The notes beneath the pieces are model-generated. The model ran no database searches. It was not told the origin of the DNA and was given only the letters and a program-made list of their open reading frames with translations. 63,349 nucleotides of DNA from Girardia tigrina (lineage: Eukaryota). The stretch lies in assembly GCA_001938485.1 (NCBI GenBank), contig MQRK01218556.1:51028-114376 (forward strand). The letters run 5' to 3'. Position numbers and translations under genes: made by a program. Positions 12,761-24,280 of this stretch are shown in pieces; position 1 is the first letter of the stretch, and each line of letters starts with the position of its first letter.

Positions 12761-13952
12761 TTAGGTGTACAAGTATGAAATGCGGATTAAATTTTGAAAA
12801 GAAATACGTTAAAAACAAAAGAACGACAAAAAAAGCTTTATTCAAAATATGCTCCATTACTAATGATACATTTGTCCCATCTATATCTGAAATTGTGGAT
12901 ACCTCGCCAGTAAAAGTCTTCTTTTTTTTCCATGAACCATTCATCGACCCATTTTTGCACATTTTCGTAAGAATCAAAGCGCTGCTGAGCAAGTGCGTGA
13001 CCCATCGANNNNNNNNNNNNNNNNNNNNNNNNNNNNNNNNNNNNNNNNNNNNNNNNNNNNNNNNNNNNNNNNNNNNNNNNNNNNNNNNNNNNNNNNNNNN
13101 NNNNNNNNNNNNNNNNNNNNNNNNNNNNNNNNNNNNNNNNNNNNNNNNNNNNNNNNNNNNNNNNNNNNNNNNNNNNNNNNNNNNNNNNNNNNNNNNNNNN
13201 NNNNNNNNNNNNNNNNNNNNNNNNNNNNNNNNNNNNNNNNNNNNNNNNNNNNNNNNNNNNNNNNNNNNNNNNNNNNNNNNNNNNNNNNNNNNNNNNNNNN
13301 NNNNNNNNNNNNNNNNNNNNNNNNNNNNNNNNNNNNNNNNNNNNNNNNNNNNNNNNNNNNNNNNNNNNNNNNNNNNNNNNNNNNNNNNNNNNNNNNNNNN
13401 NNNNNNNNNNNNNNNNNNNNNNNNNNNNNNNNNNNNNNNNNNNNNNNNNNNNNNNNNNNNNNNNNNNNNNNNNNNNNNNNNNNNNNNNNNNNNNNNNNNN
13501 NNNNNNNNNNNNNNNNNNNNNNNNNNNNNNNNNNNNNNNNNNNNNNNNNNNNNNNNNNNNNNNNNNNNNNNNNNNNNNNNNNNNNNNNNNNNNNNNNNNN
13601 NNNNNNNNNNNNNNNNNNNNNNNNNNNNNCGAAACCATCGTTCACATGTATCTTGCGATGGGGCATATTCACCATAAGCTTCTTGGAGTAATCTGTATGA
13701 TTCAGCAGCAGTTTTCTTTAGATGGTAACAAAAAATTAGTACCGTCCGGGAATGCTCCCTGCTTGGCATAAATTTGGACATCTAAAACACAGAAATACAA
13801 CAATTATTAAAACGCTTTATCAATTTATGAGTTACGTATGAGACACTACATAATTACTCAATATTATGACATCATTGCCTAACCATTGACCTACTTTTTG
13901 CATTGTGCACAATCCGTTTTCTGAAATCCGCATTTCATACTTGTACACCTAA
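12761..13952 (-). mobile_element. Young Mos1-like (mauritiana-type) mariner, centre in an assembly gap
   Basis: Perfect 28-bp TIRs ttaggtgtacaagtatgaaatgcggatt with TA TSDs; N-terminus MSKFMPSREHSRTVLIFCYHLKKTAAESYRLLQEAYGEYAPSQDTCERWF and C-terminus SMGHALAQQRFDSYENVQKWVDEWF...FYWRGIH...RWDKCIISNGAYFE closely resemble Mos1. Confidence 0.95.
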
Positions 13953-14762
13953 TATAATTAATTGGTTATTCAGTGTTTAAAAATGCAAAAAAAAACTTTA
14001 TTCAAAAAAAAGTTCATAAAAAAACACTTTTTAAAACTTTTTTTATTATTATTTACTTTTAATAATATTAGCAAATATATTATTTGTCATATAAATCATA
14101 TGAATTTGTTCAAAATATGCTTCTCCTTAAATAATCTGCTTTTAAATTAAGTTGTTTTCAAGTTTATGGGAAATTAAAAAAAAATCATATTTTTCATAAG
14201 AACATTTTGAAGCCATGTGAGTTGTTGAGGATCTGTTTTTAGACCCTGACTCCGACCATAAATACGATGATTAAATTGTTCTTTTACGTATATAAGAGTA
14301 TTAAATTCCTTTTCAATAGCCGAGTCTGATAATTTCTTTGATCTGAAAACTATTAAATGTTTATTCTTATTGTAAATTTGAGTTAAAACTGATCTTTCTG
14401 TGGTAATCAGATGCTTCTGTTGGGATGAAGAATTACTAAGATAAAGAAGTAATTACCATCTTCTATTTTTGAGAATATTCCTCACATTGTTTCAACCAAA
14501 TAAGTTTATCAGAACAATATTTTTGTGTAAATCAGTTATTAGAACAAAGATTTTGGAAATGATTGGTGGCGAACTTCTAAAATATTGATTAATCCACAAA
14601 ATTGTCTTATCTATCTTTTAGTCCATAGTCTTTGAAATTATTGTTTATAACTATTTCTTTATCAGATGCTGTAGAGACTTTTCCTTTAACAACTATTTTA
14701 CCAAAAAATTTTGTTTTATTCATGGAAAATTAACATATGTTTTAGTTTAACTTAAGTTTCAA

Positions 14763-14937
14763 CAGTCAGACCTCTCATATCCGCCGGGGTCGGTTTTTTC
14801 GAAAGTGTGAGCAATTGAGAGGGTGACGGATATGAGAGGTCGTTTTCAATGGCGATTTGAAGCTCCGTCAAATGAAAATATCGACGGAATGAGAGGGTGA
14901 CAGTTAGGAGAGGGACGGATACGAAAGATCTCACTGT
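14763..14937. mobile_element. Pogo/Tigger-type MITE
   Basis: cagtcagacctctcatatccg ... cggatacgaaagatctcactg|ta imperfect TIRs; internal gacggatatgagagg repeats. Confidence 0.65.
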
Positions 14938-15544
14938 ATATACAACGTATAAAGTTAATCTTTTTATATTCTTTTATTTTAAATGAAATTAAAACTTAAT
15001 TTAATCAAATTGGATTCCGATTTTTATTACATTTGTATATTTTAAATATTCATGAAAAATAATAATAGTAACATTTGAATTCGTTAATTTAATACTTCTA
15101 ATTAAATAAATAAAAAAAACTTAAATTATATTATTTTATCAAATAAAAATTGCCTTCGTAGTGAAGCATTATTTATCCTCTTTTTGAATTAATTCATGTA
15201 ATCATAGTATTTAGCAGAGTTTGAAAAAATATAATTTAAAATATTATATATAATAATTTAAAAACATTTTGTAATTTTTAATTAATATATTTACATTTTT
15301 ATATAAATATTTGGTCAGCGAATATTAATTTTATTATATAAGTATTATTCAATTAATGATTAAATAATTTGAACAGTTTCAATTTTTATTAGATAAAATA
15401 ATATTAGTCAAATGTTTTTAGTAATTTATTTATGAGGTATAAAAATTAAATAATACATATTCCTGGAGGAGAAACGAGCGGAGGAGAAATGATACAAAAT
15501 GAAAAATCGAAAAAATTCTATTTTTTTTAATAAAATTTGAAATA

Positions 15545-16720
15545 CAGGGTGTCCCAAAAATATGTATACACATTAAAAATTTAATTTTATTGAATTTTAT
15601 TGAATTTTATTTATGTTTAACTTTCATTATATTTAATATAAATAGTTTTTTTTTAACATAAATAGGTTTTTTGTAGATTCAGTCCCTATCATAGGAATGG
15701 CATGCAGGCTTAACTTTGAAGAAAGAAAATTTATTATGAAATACTACTGGAAATATGAAAATGTACATGAAGTACAAAAACAATTCAGGAAGGAATTTAA
15801 AAAAGAACCTCCAACGCGATTTACCATCACTCGAATTAGAGATAAGTTCGAAGTTGATGGAACTATTCACAATGTTAACAAACAGCATGCCGGAAGACCC
15901 CGAACATCATCAAGTTCCACTGAGGTAGAAAGANNNNNNNNNNNNNNNNNNNNNNNNNNNNNNNNNNNNNNNNNNNNNNNNNNNNNNNNNNNNNNNNNNN
16001 NNNNNNNNNNNNNNNNNNNNNNNNNNNNNNNNNNNNNNNNNNNNNNNNNNNNNNNNNNNNNNNNNNNNNNNNNNNNNNNNNNNNNNNNNNNNNNNNNNNN
16101 NNNNNNNNNNNNNNNNNNNNNNNNNNNNNNNNNNNNNNNNNNNNNNNNNNNNNNNNNNNNNNNNNNNNNNNNNNNNNNNNNNNNNNNNNNNNNNNNNNNN
16201 NNNNNNNNNNNNNNNNNNNNNNNNNNNNNNNNNNNNNNNNNNNNNNNNNNNNNNNNNNNNNNNNNNNNNNNNNNNNNNNNNNNNNNNNNNNNNNNNNNNN
16301 NNNGATGGGGCACCCCCACATTACCATCGCGATGTTCGTTCCTTTCTGGATGAGCTCTTGCCAAACAGGTGGATTGGACGAAGAGGTTTTGTTGAATATC
16401 CTCCACGTTCACCAGACCTAACTCTACTAGATTTTTTCTTATGGGGATACTTAAAAGACAAAGTCTACGCTAAGAAACCTGCAACAATCGCTGAATTGAG
16501 AGAAGCAATTGAACATGAATGCAGCAAAATACCAAGGGAAATGTNNNNNNNNNNNNNNNNNNNNNNNNNNNNNNNNNNNNNNNNNNNNNNNNNNNNNNNN
16601 NNNNGTCAGTTTGAGAACAAACTGTGACCAATATAAATAAATATTACTCGTACTTATTTTTACTTTTTTAATCAATAAAATTAAATTTTTAATGTGTATA
16701 CATATTTTTGGGACACCCTG
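15545..16720 (+). mobile_element. Young Tc1/mariner-superfamily transposon with DUF4817-type HTH transposase (partly in gaps)
   Basis: Perfect ~48-bp TIRs cagggtgtcccaaaaatatgtatacacattaaaaatttaattttattga with TA TSDs; ORF MACRLNFEERKFIMKYYWKYENVHEVQKQFRKEF...GRPRTS and RWIGRRGFVEYPPRSPDLTLLDFFLWGYLKDKVY. Confidence 0.95.
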
Positions 16721-17060
16721 TATTTAATTGCTTTTTATTTTATGCATAGTAAAACGAATAAATTTAATAAAGTTTATTTAAGAATAATTAACTTATTAAT
16801 TTGGAATTAAAATTAAATAGTTATTTGAAGTAGTATTCAATTATACGAAGCAACAATATATACGGGAGATTTTAAAGAATAATAAAGAAAAATATTTTTA
16901 TTTACTAGTTTATAAGATATTTTTATTAATTTTACGTTATTTAATTTTATTCTATTTTTTATACTTGCGGCTTTTTGAATATTACTACTACTTCTATACC
17001 ATTAATAAATAACTTTAAACATATAGTGTCACAGAACTATATTTTGTTTTATTTCTTCAG

Positions 17061-17522
17061 AAATATAACACTCAAAAACATGCTGATAAGTTAACATTAC
17101 TTAAAAATCAAAAGGCGTTTACGGTCTGGCCACATCAAGCTCTAGTTAAAATTGCAAATATCTTTTCGTGGTCCAATATTCCAGCTCGAACATTGATTTG
17201 CAAGGAAGGCGAAATTTCTCCGATTCTCGCTTTCATTCAAGAAGGATCATGTTATGTGCTTCGAAAATTAGAAGTTAAAGAAACTTTACCTAATGGAAAA
17301 ACAGCAATTAAAACAAATCAAGTAATTGTTGGCGCATTGGAAAAGAATAAGTCTCTTGGAGAAGTCAGCCTACTTGATAGAACTCCAATGTTACATACGT
17401 TGTTGACCAAAGAGAATATGCGCGTTATGCAAGCTGATGAAAGTAAATTTCGGTACCTTGATCATGACGTTAAATCTCTTCTTCGTCAAAGTTGTACTCC
17501 GGAATTTTATCATATTACGAAA
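17061..17522 (+). CDS. Exon of the CNBD1-like gene (second cNMP-binding domain)
   Basis: Acceptor atttcttcag; 154 open codons KYNTQKHADKLTLLKNQKAFTVWPHQALVKIANIFSW...LICKEGE...AFIQEGSCYVLR...VGALEKNKSLGEVSLL...FYHITK; donor gtttgt. Confidence 0.88.
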
Positions 17523-18359
17523 GTTTGTTTAAAATATTTATTTATTTAATAAATTTTGTATAAAATATTGATATTAAACAATAATTTCAAAAAAAAATTA
17601 ATCTCATTTTCTTTCAAAACTTTTTCATTTGTACTGTCGTTCCTCATTTATTTTAAAACTCAATTTTTCTTTTGCCATTTAGAAATTTATTTATTTAGTA
17701 ATTTTTTTCGTTTTTTTTCTTCTTTTAAATTTCAAATTATTGCAACTGTTTTTAATGAAATTATTTTATTTCAAAATAAGTTTTTTTATTTTAATTAAAT
17801 ATTTCAAATTGTGTTTATATTTATTTTATTTCTTTTATTTCTTTTATTAAACATTTATTCAACTTTTTTGATTTTTGTATTATTTATTTTTAATGTTTTT
17901 AAGATATCTTTTTTTTATTTTTTTTAAGTTTATGATAATTTAAAATTAATATATTTCCGTTTTTTGTGGGTTTAAATTAACTTTTCTTCATTTTGATATA
18001 AACTTTTCAAAATATTGAATTAATATGTTTTAATTTTTGTAATTTTAATTTGCCTTTATTCTTATAAAATTGTTATCTAGTTTTTGGAATTATGAAGTTA
18101 CTTTGTTTTTTAATTTTTAAAATAATAAAATTATATTTTAAAATAATAATATTAAATTTGAATTTTCCAAATAAGTTAATTGGCGAAATGAAATTTTAAC
18201 TAACTCCTTATACGGCTTATTCAACAACTTTGCGACGAGCTTTTAAAGCAAACTAACATAAAACTTGATCTGGATAATGATCACCAGCAGTTACTTTTGT
18301 TAATCCATGATTTAAGCTCTACTTGTTTTAAAATACAAAAATGCTGATCAATGTTTACC

Positions 18360-19720
18360 AGCAACAAGAACAAAACACAAGATTATTGAGGAATCTGAAT
18401 GTCAAACCAAGAAATGAAGAATAGTAGAAAAAGTAGTTTAGATTGTCCGTGATATAAAAACATTTCAAGGGTGAACAAATTTGGAATCGAAACAGTAATT
18501 ATCTTCCTTTTCAGAAAGCAGATGTAAAAAGCCTTTAATCTTCTAGTCAAAGCCACTAGAACTTTTCAAATTCAGGTTGCAAATTGCCCAACTAAAAGAG
18601 TTGACTCAATTGGAGAATAAGCGTCATAATGTCTCCAAAAATAATGCAGAAACATTAATTAGGGCAAAAATTAACAATGACGTGTGTTTTTTTGTTATTT
18701 TTATCATAGTCTTTAGTTTGAGGTTAAATTAAAAGACAAGTATTGACTCACAATTCCCTAATATGCATTTATATAATATCAACTGTAATGGAAGGAGGAA
18801 ATTGGATGTAATTTCTTCTTCCATTAAAGTTATAGAATAATTAGATAGAGATGAGTAATATTTATTATGAACACAATAGAAACCAGATTGTTAATGAATA
18901 TAATTAACTGTCGAATCATTCAATGACAATAAGTATCTTTCTGACTAAGTACTAATGAGTGTTGTTAAAATTATCACATGGAATTTGTTGAACAAATGCT
19001 GATTTCCATGTTTAGTCTGTTACTAAACATTTATCCGATGAACTGGCAATGCAAGTGGTTCAGGTGCCGGTAGTTTGATAGAAATTCGTCAACGATAATG
19101 CCATGTGAGACGAATTTCCAATTCCGGCTAAACTAAAAAACCCGGCAAATGGATAGTGATCCGATTGTATGGGTCACAGACAAACAATGGGGAAATCAAC
19201 TTGTAGATTTTTCCAATGAGACAAAAATTAGCGGATTCCGACTTGTCCAGAATACATAGGCATTGGATAGGAACAATAGAATTATATTATTTCGGTATAT
19301 GATGTCAAATCGTGCTCGATTTTTGGCAATTATCAATTAATTCTTTGAGTGATTTTTCAAAGTTGTATGATGAAGAATTCGAGTTGAAGTTGTCTGTTAG
19401 ATAATTGTACGTTCGAATCTTAACATGTTAAAGATGTTAATAGAAATATTATTTGAATTTTTGCGATAGGATGCATCCATAAATTATACCGAACTTCAAA
19501 TCGCTGTACGTTAATCAGCATTATCAAAAGTTTTGATTCAAAACTCCCAAAGTCGAAATGGCACAACGATCAAAAATCCGAATAACTGTAATTTAATATC
19601 TGTTGTCCGATGAGATGACGATATTTGACGGAGAATTTCGTTACAATTGTCACGTGTGTCTCGTTGGATATCGCCAAAGTCTTAAAACATAAATTCCAAA
19701 TACGCAAAGCAATAAATCAT
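18360..19720 (-). pseudogene. Heavily decayed coding-like remnant, possibly a retroelement env/glycoprotein
   Basis: Higher-complexity, GC-richer stretch with broken Cys-containing frames and a hydrophobic patch near the 3' end; no definitive motif. Confidence 0.25.
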
Positions 19721-20429
19721 CTGATTATTTAATATATATTATCTAATCGATCGATAATAATATATATAGTTAACATCCACCTACATCCACCTTCCAGTGA
19801 CGTCCATAATATAGATGATAGTTAATCAAATAATCCTACTTGGAGTTCTAAGGTACAGCTATATTTTAGCAGAAAAATTCTAAAAATGAAAAAACATATT
19901 TCAAAAGAATTAGATTAATTATTTTCTTTTTAATTTTTCACTTATAAAACTCATAAAACTCATTAACCAATAAAACTCATAAATTTGATTGAGTGTTACA
20001 TGTATTAAAATATATTGTTTTTTTTTGCAATTTTACAAGGTTTAACTTTTGATAAAGATAATATCCATCGAAAAAATAGAAATAAGGTATACAAAGTCGG
20101 AATAGCATTTTCGATCGTAATAGACTTTTTATTCAAAATGATATTTTTTTTCAATAATAATAGCCTAATTTCTTTTTATTTCGTAAAGTCGGCCACTTGA
20201 GATATAAATTTTTCATTTTCCTTTACATAGACTCTATTTGAACATCATTTGGAGCAATTGTTGTGAGTAAATTGTATGATCATATTTTATTTAAATATTC
20301 ATTACAATTAGATGGTATACTTATTTGTGATATTATATATTATATGATTCATTACTGTCGTTTATATTACTATTTATATTAATAATTAATTCAGATGATC
20401 ATGATATTTTTGAAAAATACTTTTAACTA

Positions 20430-21170
20430 TTACGTCTCCAAGTATGAAATTTGTAGAGCTAAAGTCAAAGTTTATTGATAATTTCCCAATACAAATATTT
20501 GTGTCATTTATCTAAGTATGCACTCATATTATCGACACACCTTTGCTTTTTGAGCTGCAGCTTGTTGAGGCCATTTGAATAAAACTTTGGGTGGCGATAA
20601 TCTTTAAAATCCACGAAGGCCATGTTTACGACATATTCGGAATGGAATTCTTTTTCAATCAAAAAGTTGTTCAAATTAAGGAAGAAATCGTGGTCAGTTA
20701 GGGTTAGGTCTGGTGAGTGTGGAGGATGATACAGAAGTTTCAACTCAAGTTCCTATATTTTTTTCTCGGTCTTAAGTGCAGTATATGGTTTTGCATTGTT
20801 GTGGAGCAAGATTGGAATCGACCTGTTTATTATACGCGTCTGTTTTTCTTTAAGTTTCCGTATCATATTTTTGAATTAGTTGTAGTAGACATCTACTGTG
20901 ATCGACGAAACAGGTTTAACGGAATTATAATGGATTAAACCTGCGATAGACCACCAAACACTAATCATCAGATTCTGTTGATGAATGTTGTGTTTTGGAC
21001 TGTGTTTTTGTATTTCATTTGTGCCCACCCAACTTGTTTAAGGTTTGTAATTATCATATTAGATCGACTGTTCATCACAAGTAACGATGAACAAAATTTC
21101 TACTTCCTAGTCTTTCACTAAACCTTTTTTATATCACTAACAGTGCAATGTGAGTCGATGAAATCGTGGG
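20430..21170 (-). mobile_element. Degenerate mariner 3' half
   Basis: LYHPPHSPDLTLTDHDFFLNLNNFL...FYSNGLNKL...CVDNMSAYLD; TIR-like tacgtctccaagtatgaaat at 20431. Confidence 0.85.
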
Positions 21171-22499
21171 TAAGGACAAATTTAATCACCCCTTTGGTGT
21201 CCTCAAAAGTACTGAGCCTCAGACATTTTTAATGAATTTATCTCTGGAAAAACACATTGAAGATACTTTAGGTTAGTGTATTGAACATAAAAAACTCAGT
21301 GACATTTCATGCTCCGTTAGAATAATTTTCTAAAATTATGGCCAAAGTCATCAAACAGAGCCAGGTTTTCACACTATGCTTGTGTTTGCTTTTTTTAGAT
21401 CAAGTGTCAAGGTTTATTGACTGCACTATTTCCTGGATATAAAATCTTTCCATTCTGTTTTGCACAGCCTTCTTGCTCACATTTTGTCGGCTTGATATGT
21501 CTATCTGGGTGTTCATTTTATCTTCTTTCATATTATTCATGAAATCTTTGAATTTTTCTTCTCTAATTTCTTGAGTTGTTCATTTCTTTCTTTATCAACT
21601 TCAATGTTCCTTTTATAGGAAACTTTCATCTAATTGCAGATAGTGGCCTAGCATAGTGCTTTAATTTCATATATTTCTTGCAGCTGAAACCCGAATTCAT
21701 TGTTCTCACTCTTACTAAAAACAAGCAAACCAATAAAACTCATAAATTTGATTGAGTGTTACATGTATTAAAATACCTTAATGAATAATGAAAACAACTC
21801 TTCTTAATTTTTCTATATTTATTAATATAATTTATTAATTTTATTTCTGTACGAGTCTAAGGACTTTTCATCAACACCATGTAAGAAAATTATAAAAAAA
21901 TATATTTTTTTATTATAAAACGTATACACATTGTTTATGTAAAACAATCTTTATATCAAGAATAACTGTGAAAACTTATAGAACTTGATGATACCATCAT
22001 CAAATCCAAAAACACTGTTAATTTTAAACTTTTCAGACATCAAGGGAAACTAGTTTTCATCAAATGAAGAAAACACCAACATAGATAAAGAAATAAAAAC
22101 TCTAACTGGTCAAAACACAACTGAACCAGAATCAATACCACCAGAACAACCAATTTATTGCCCCGTTTCAGAACGGATAATTCCATCTTAGAACACAACC
22201 ACTAAACTTTCTTTCTGATTCAGACACATAAACTAAAGTAGAACCACTCATAAAAAGCAAAAACACAAAAAGAAAACACATAAAAGGCACTGCTTAACAT
22301 CAAAATGGTTAACAAAACTCTAGTTATGCTTTCCCTACTATATTGCATAGCTCCTCATTCATGGACGGAATGAAGATAGTTTCTAGTCCGGATATATGAG
22401 CTCTCGATGTCGGGTGTTTGAGTAACCAATATTTGATTTAACTTAATCTAAGTGGTGCGTTTAAATTAAAAAAAATAAATTACCTTAAATTCATTTTAA

Positions 22500-22707
22500 C
22501 CAGTTAACTATGTCGCTCTTTTTACAAAGTGCGCACAAATTTGTGTAGCGAAAATCGAACGATGACGAGTATAGTCGTCATGCACAGAGTAAGTGTCGCT
22601 CAATACCCAATGGCAACTACTTTTTAGGCATGACTAGTATACTCGTCATGACAAAAAATTTTGCCACTTTTTCATTACGAGTATACTCGTCAAACACAGT
22701 TAACTGG
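22500..22707. mobile_element. piggyBac-type MITE (208 bp) with TTAA TSD
   Basis: TTAA|ccagttaactatgt ... acacagttaactgg|TTAA; three internal copies of the palindrome (a)tgacgagtatactcgtca(t). Confidence 0.85.
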
Positions 22708-23929
22708 TTAATTAAATTAAAATTAATTAAATTAATGAATTTAATTAAATAAAATAAATTAAATTAAACTAAATTAAATTAAATTAAATAAATAATTAAA
22801 TTAATTAGATTAAACTAAAATAAATTAAATTTAAAGATTTTGTAACTAAAAATCGCAAAATATTTTATCAAAAAACAAATTTTTCAATAATTGAAAGAAA
22901 TATAAAATAATATTTATTCAGTCATTATACTTAAAATTTTAAAATAATGTCCTCAACTTTGATTAATTTAATTCAATATTATATTTCAAAGAACACTTCC
23001 GCTCTTTTAGAATATCAATTTCTTTTCTCTTTGATAATTTGTATTTATCCTTCAAAATTTGTATTATTTGAAGCATTTTGCTTTCAGTTTAAATTTCAAC
23101 TAAAATAATTTGAATCTTTTTTCTTTTGACATTGAAATTTTAAACTTTGCTTGATAAAAGATCTTAATTTTAAATTCTAACTTTCGATTAAATTATATTT
23201 TATGTAATTAAAAAATTTTTCCAAATTTTATTAATAATACTAATTATTTTTTAGGAATATTTTGCTGTGTAAAATATTCAAATACAATTATTTATAATTT
23301 CCTTTAACCTTTTTTTGTGGAAAAAGAAGATTGTCAAGCAATTAATAATTATATTTTTCTAATAATATAATGATAACAAAAGAATGATAATTAGTGAAAT
23401 TTCAATCATATAATCACTAGACGGTATAAAACAAAGCGAATGAGGGTTATCATTCCTGAAAGAAGGTTATTGTTAAAGAAGGCTACAAATCATTCTAACG
23501 ATATTAATTTGAACAAAGATGGGATTAAGTTGGGACAACGCTGTCATTTTATTTTAATTATTAAGATTGATGGCAAAACATATTGGTTATGTCAACTTAT
23601 TTCTAAATAAATATTAATAAGAAAATGTCTTGTTTCTATATAATTAGGTTTTTTTCTCTGATGGACTTATTTTTTTATGATCATTTATTGGAAGACATTA
23701 CAAATAACCGACATATTATTTTAAAAGGCGCCGCGGCGCCTATTCGAACGAAATATCTAAAAACGCCGGTTGTAATAAAATTTTAGTACTTTCACTGACG
23801 CTAAAAGTTCTCGATATTTCTGGTGGTGTATCTTTTAAAAATTTTTAATATATTTTATATGCTTTTTTGCTGTATCATTTTGGTTAGTAAAACAGATTAT
23901 TTTTCTTTCCTTGTCCCGTCTTATACATA

Positions 23930-24280
23930 TGTAATGCTCGCCTCTGAATCGGGCTGTTAGGGCCATCACCCGTTTCTCGTGCGGGACGTATCAGCCGGTT
24001 CAATATCGTCTGACTCTCGATCGGATCTGATTACCATCTGTTGGTGCCTCGACGGGTAGTGGTCATCGGTCCGATCCATTGCGACTTTCCGTTCAACAAC
24101 TCCAGCCCCTTAATAACCGGTATCACTCGAAGCGGCGAATGATCCCGTCGACTCGTCAATTCGCGACCCGGATGCTGCATTGATGCGGTCGCGGAGTTCC
24201 GTCTTGCACCACTGAAATGTGTGAGGCGGCGGGGTGTGTGGTTCGGCCGGTCGAATCCAAGCGATGCGTATCGCTTTCCT
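23930..24280 (-). mobile_element. CpG-rich LTR-like fragment
   Basis: Sharp GC/CpG-rich island in AT-rich background; on the minus strand it ends ...gcattaCA and contains a TATA-like tattaagggg; no convincing ORF, TSD or second end. Confidence 0.4.

Noticed and set aside
12705-16675. Long ORFs in the ORF track spanning X runs (also 30868-31143, 35411-35709)
   Set aside because: Artefacts of N gaps; only the flanking transposase or RT fragments are real.
17556-17798. Hydrophobic F/I/L/K-rich short ORFs here and throughout the window (e.g. 26247, 40502, 56862)
   Set aside because: Expected by chance in very AT-rich low-complexity DNA; no homology signal.
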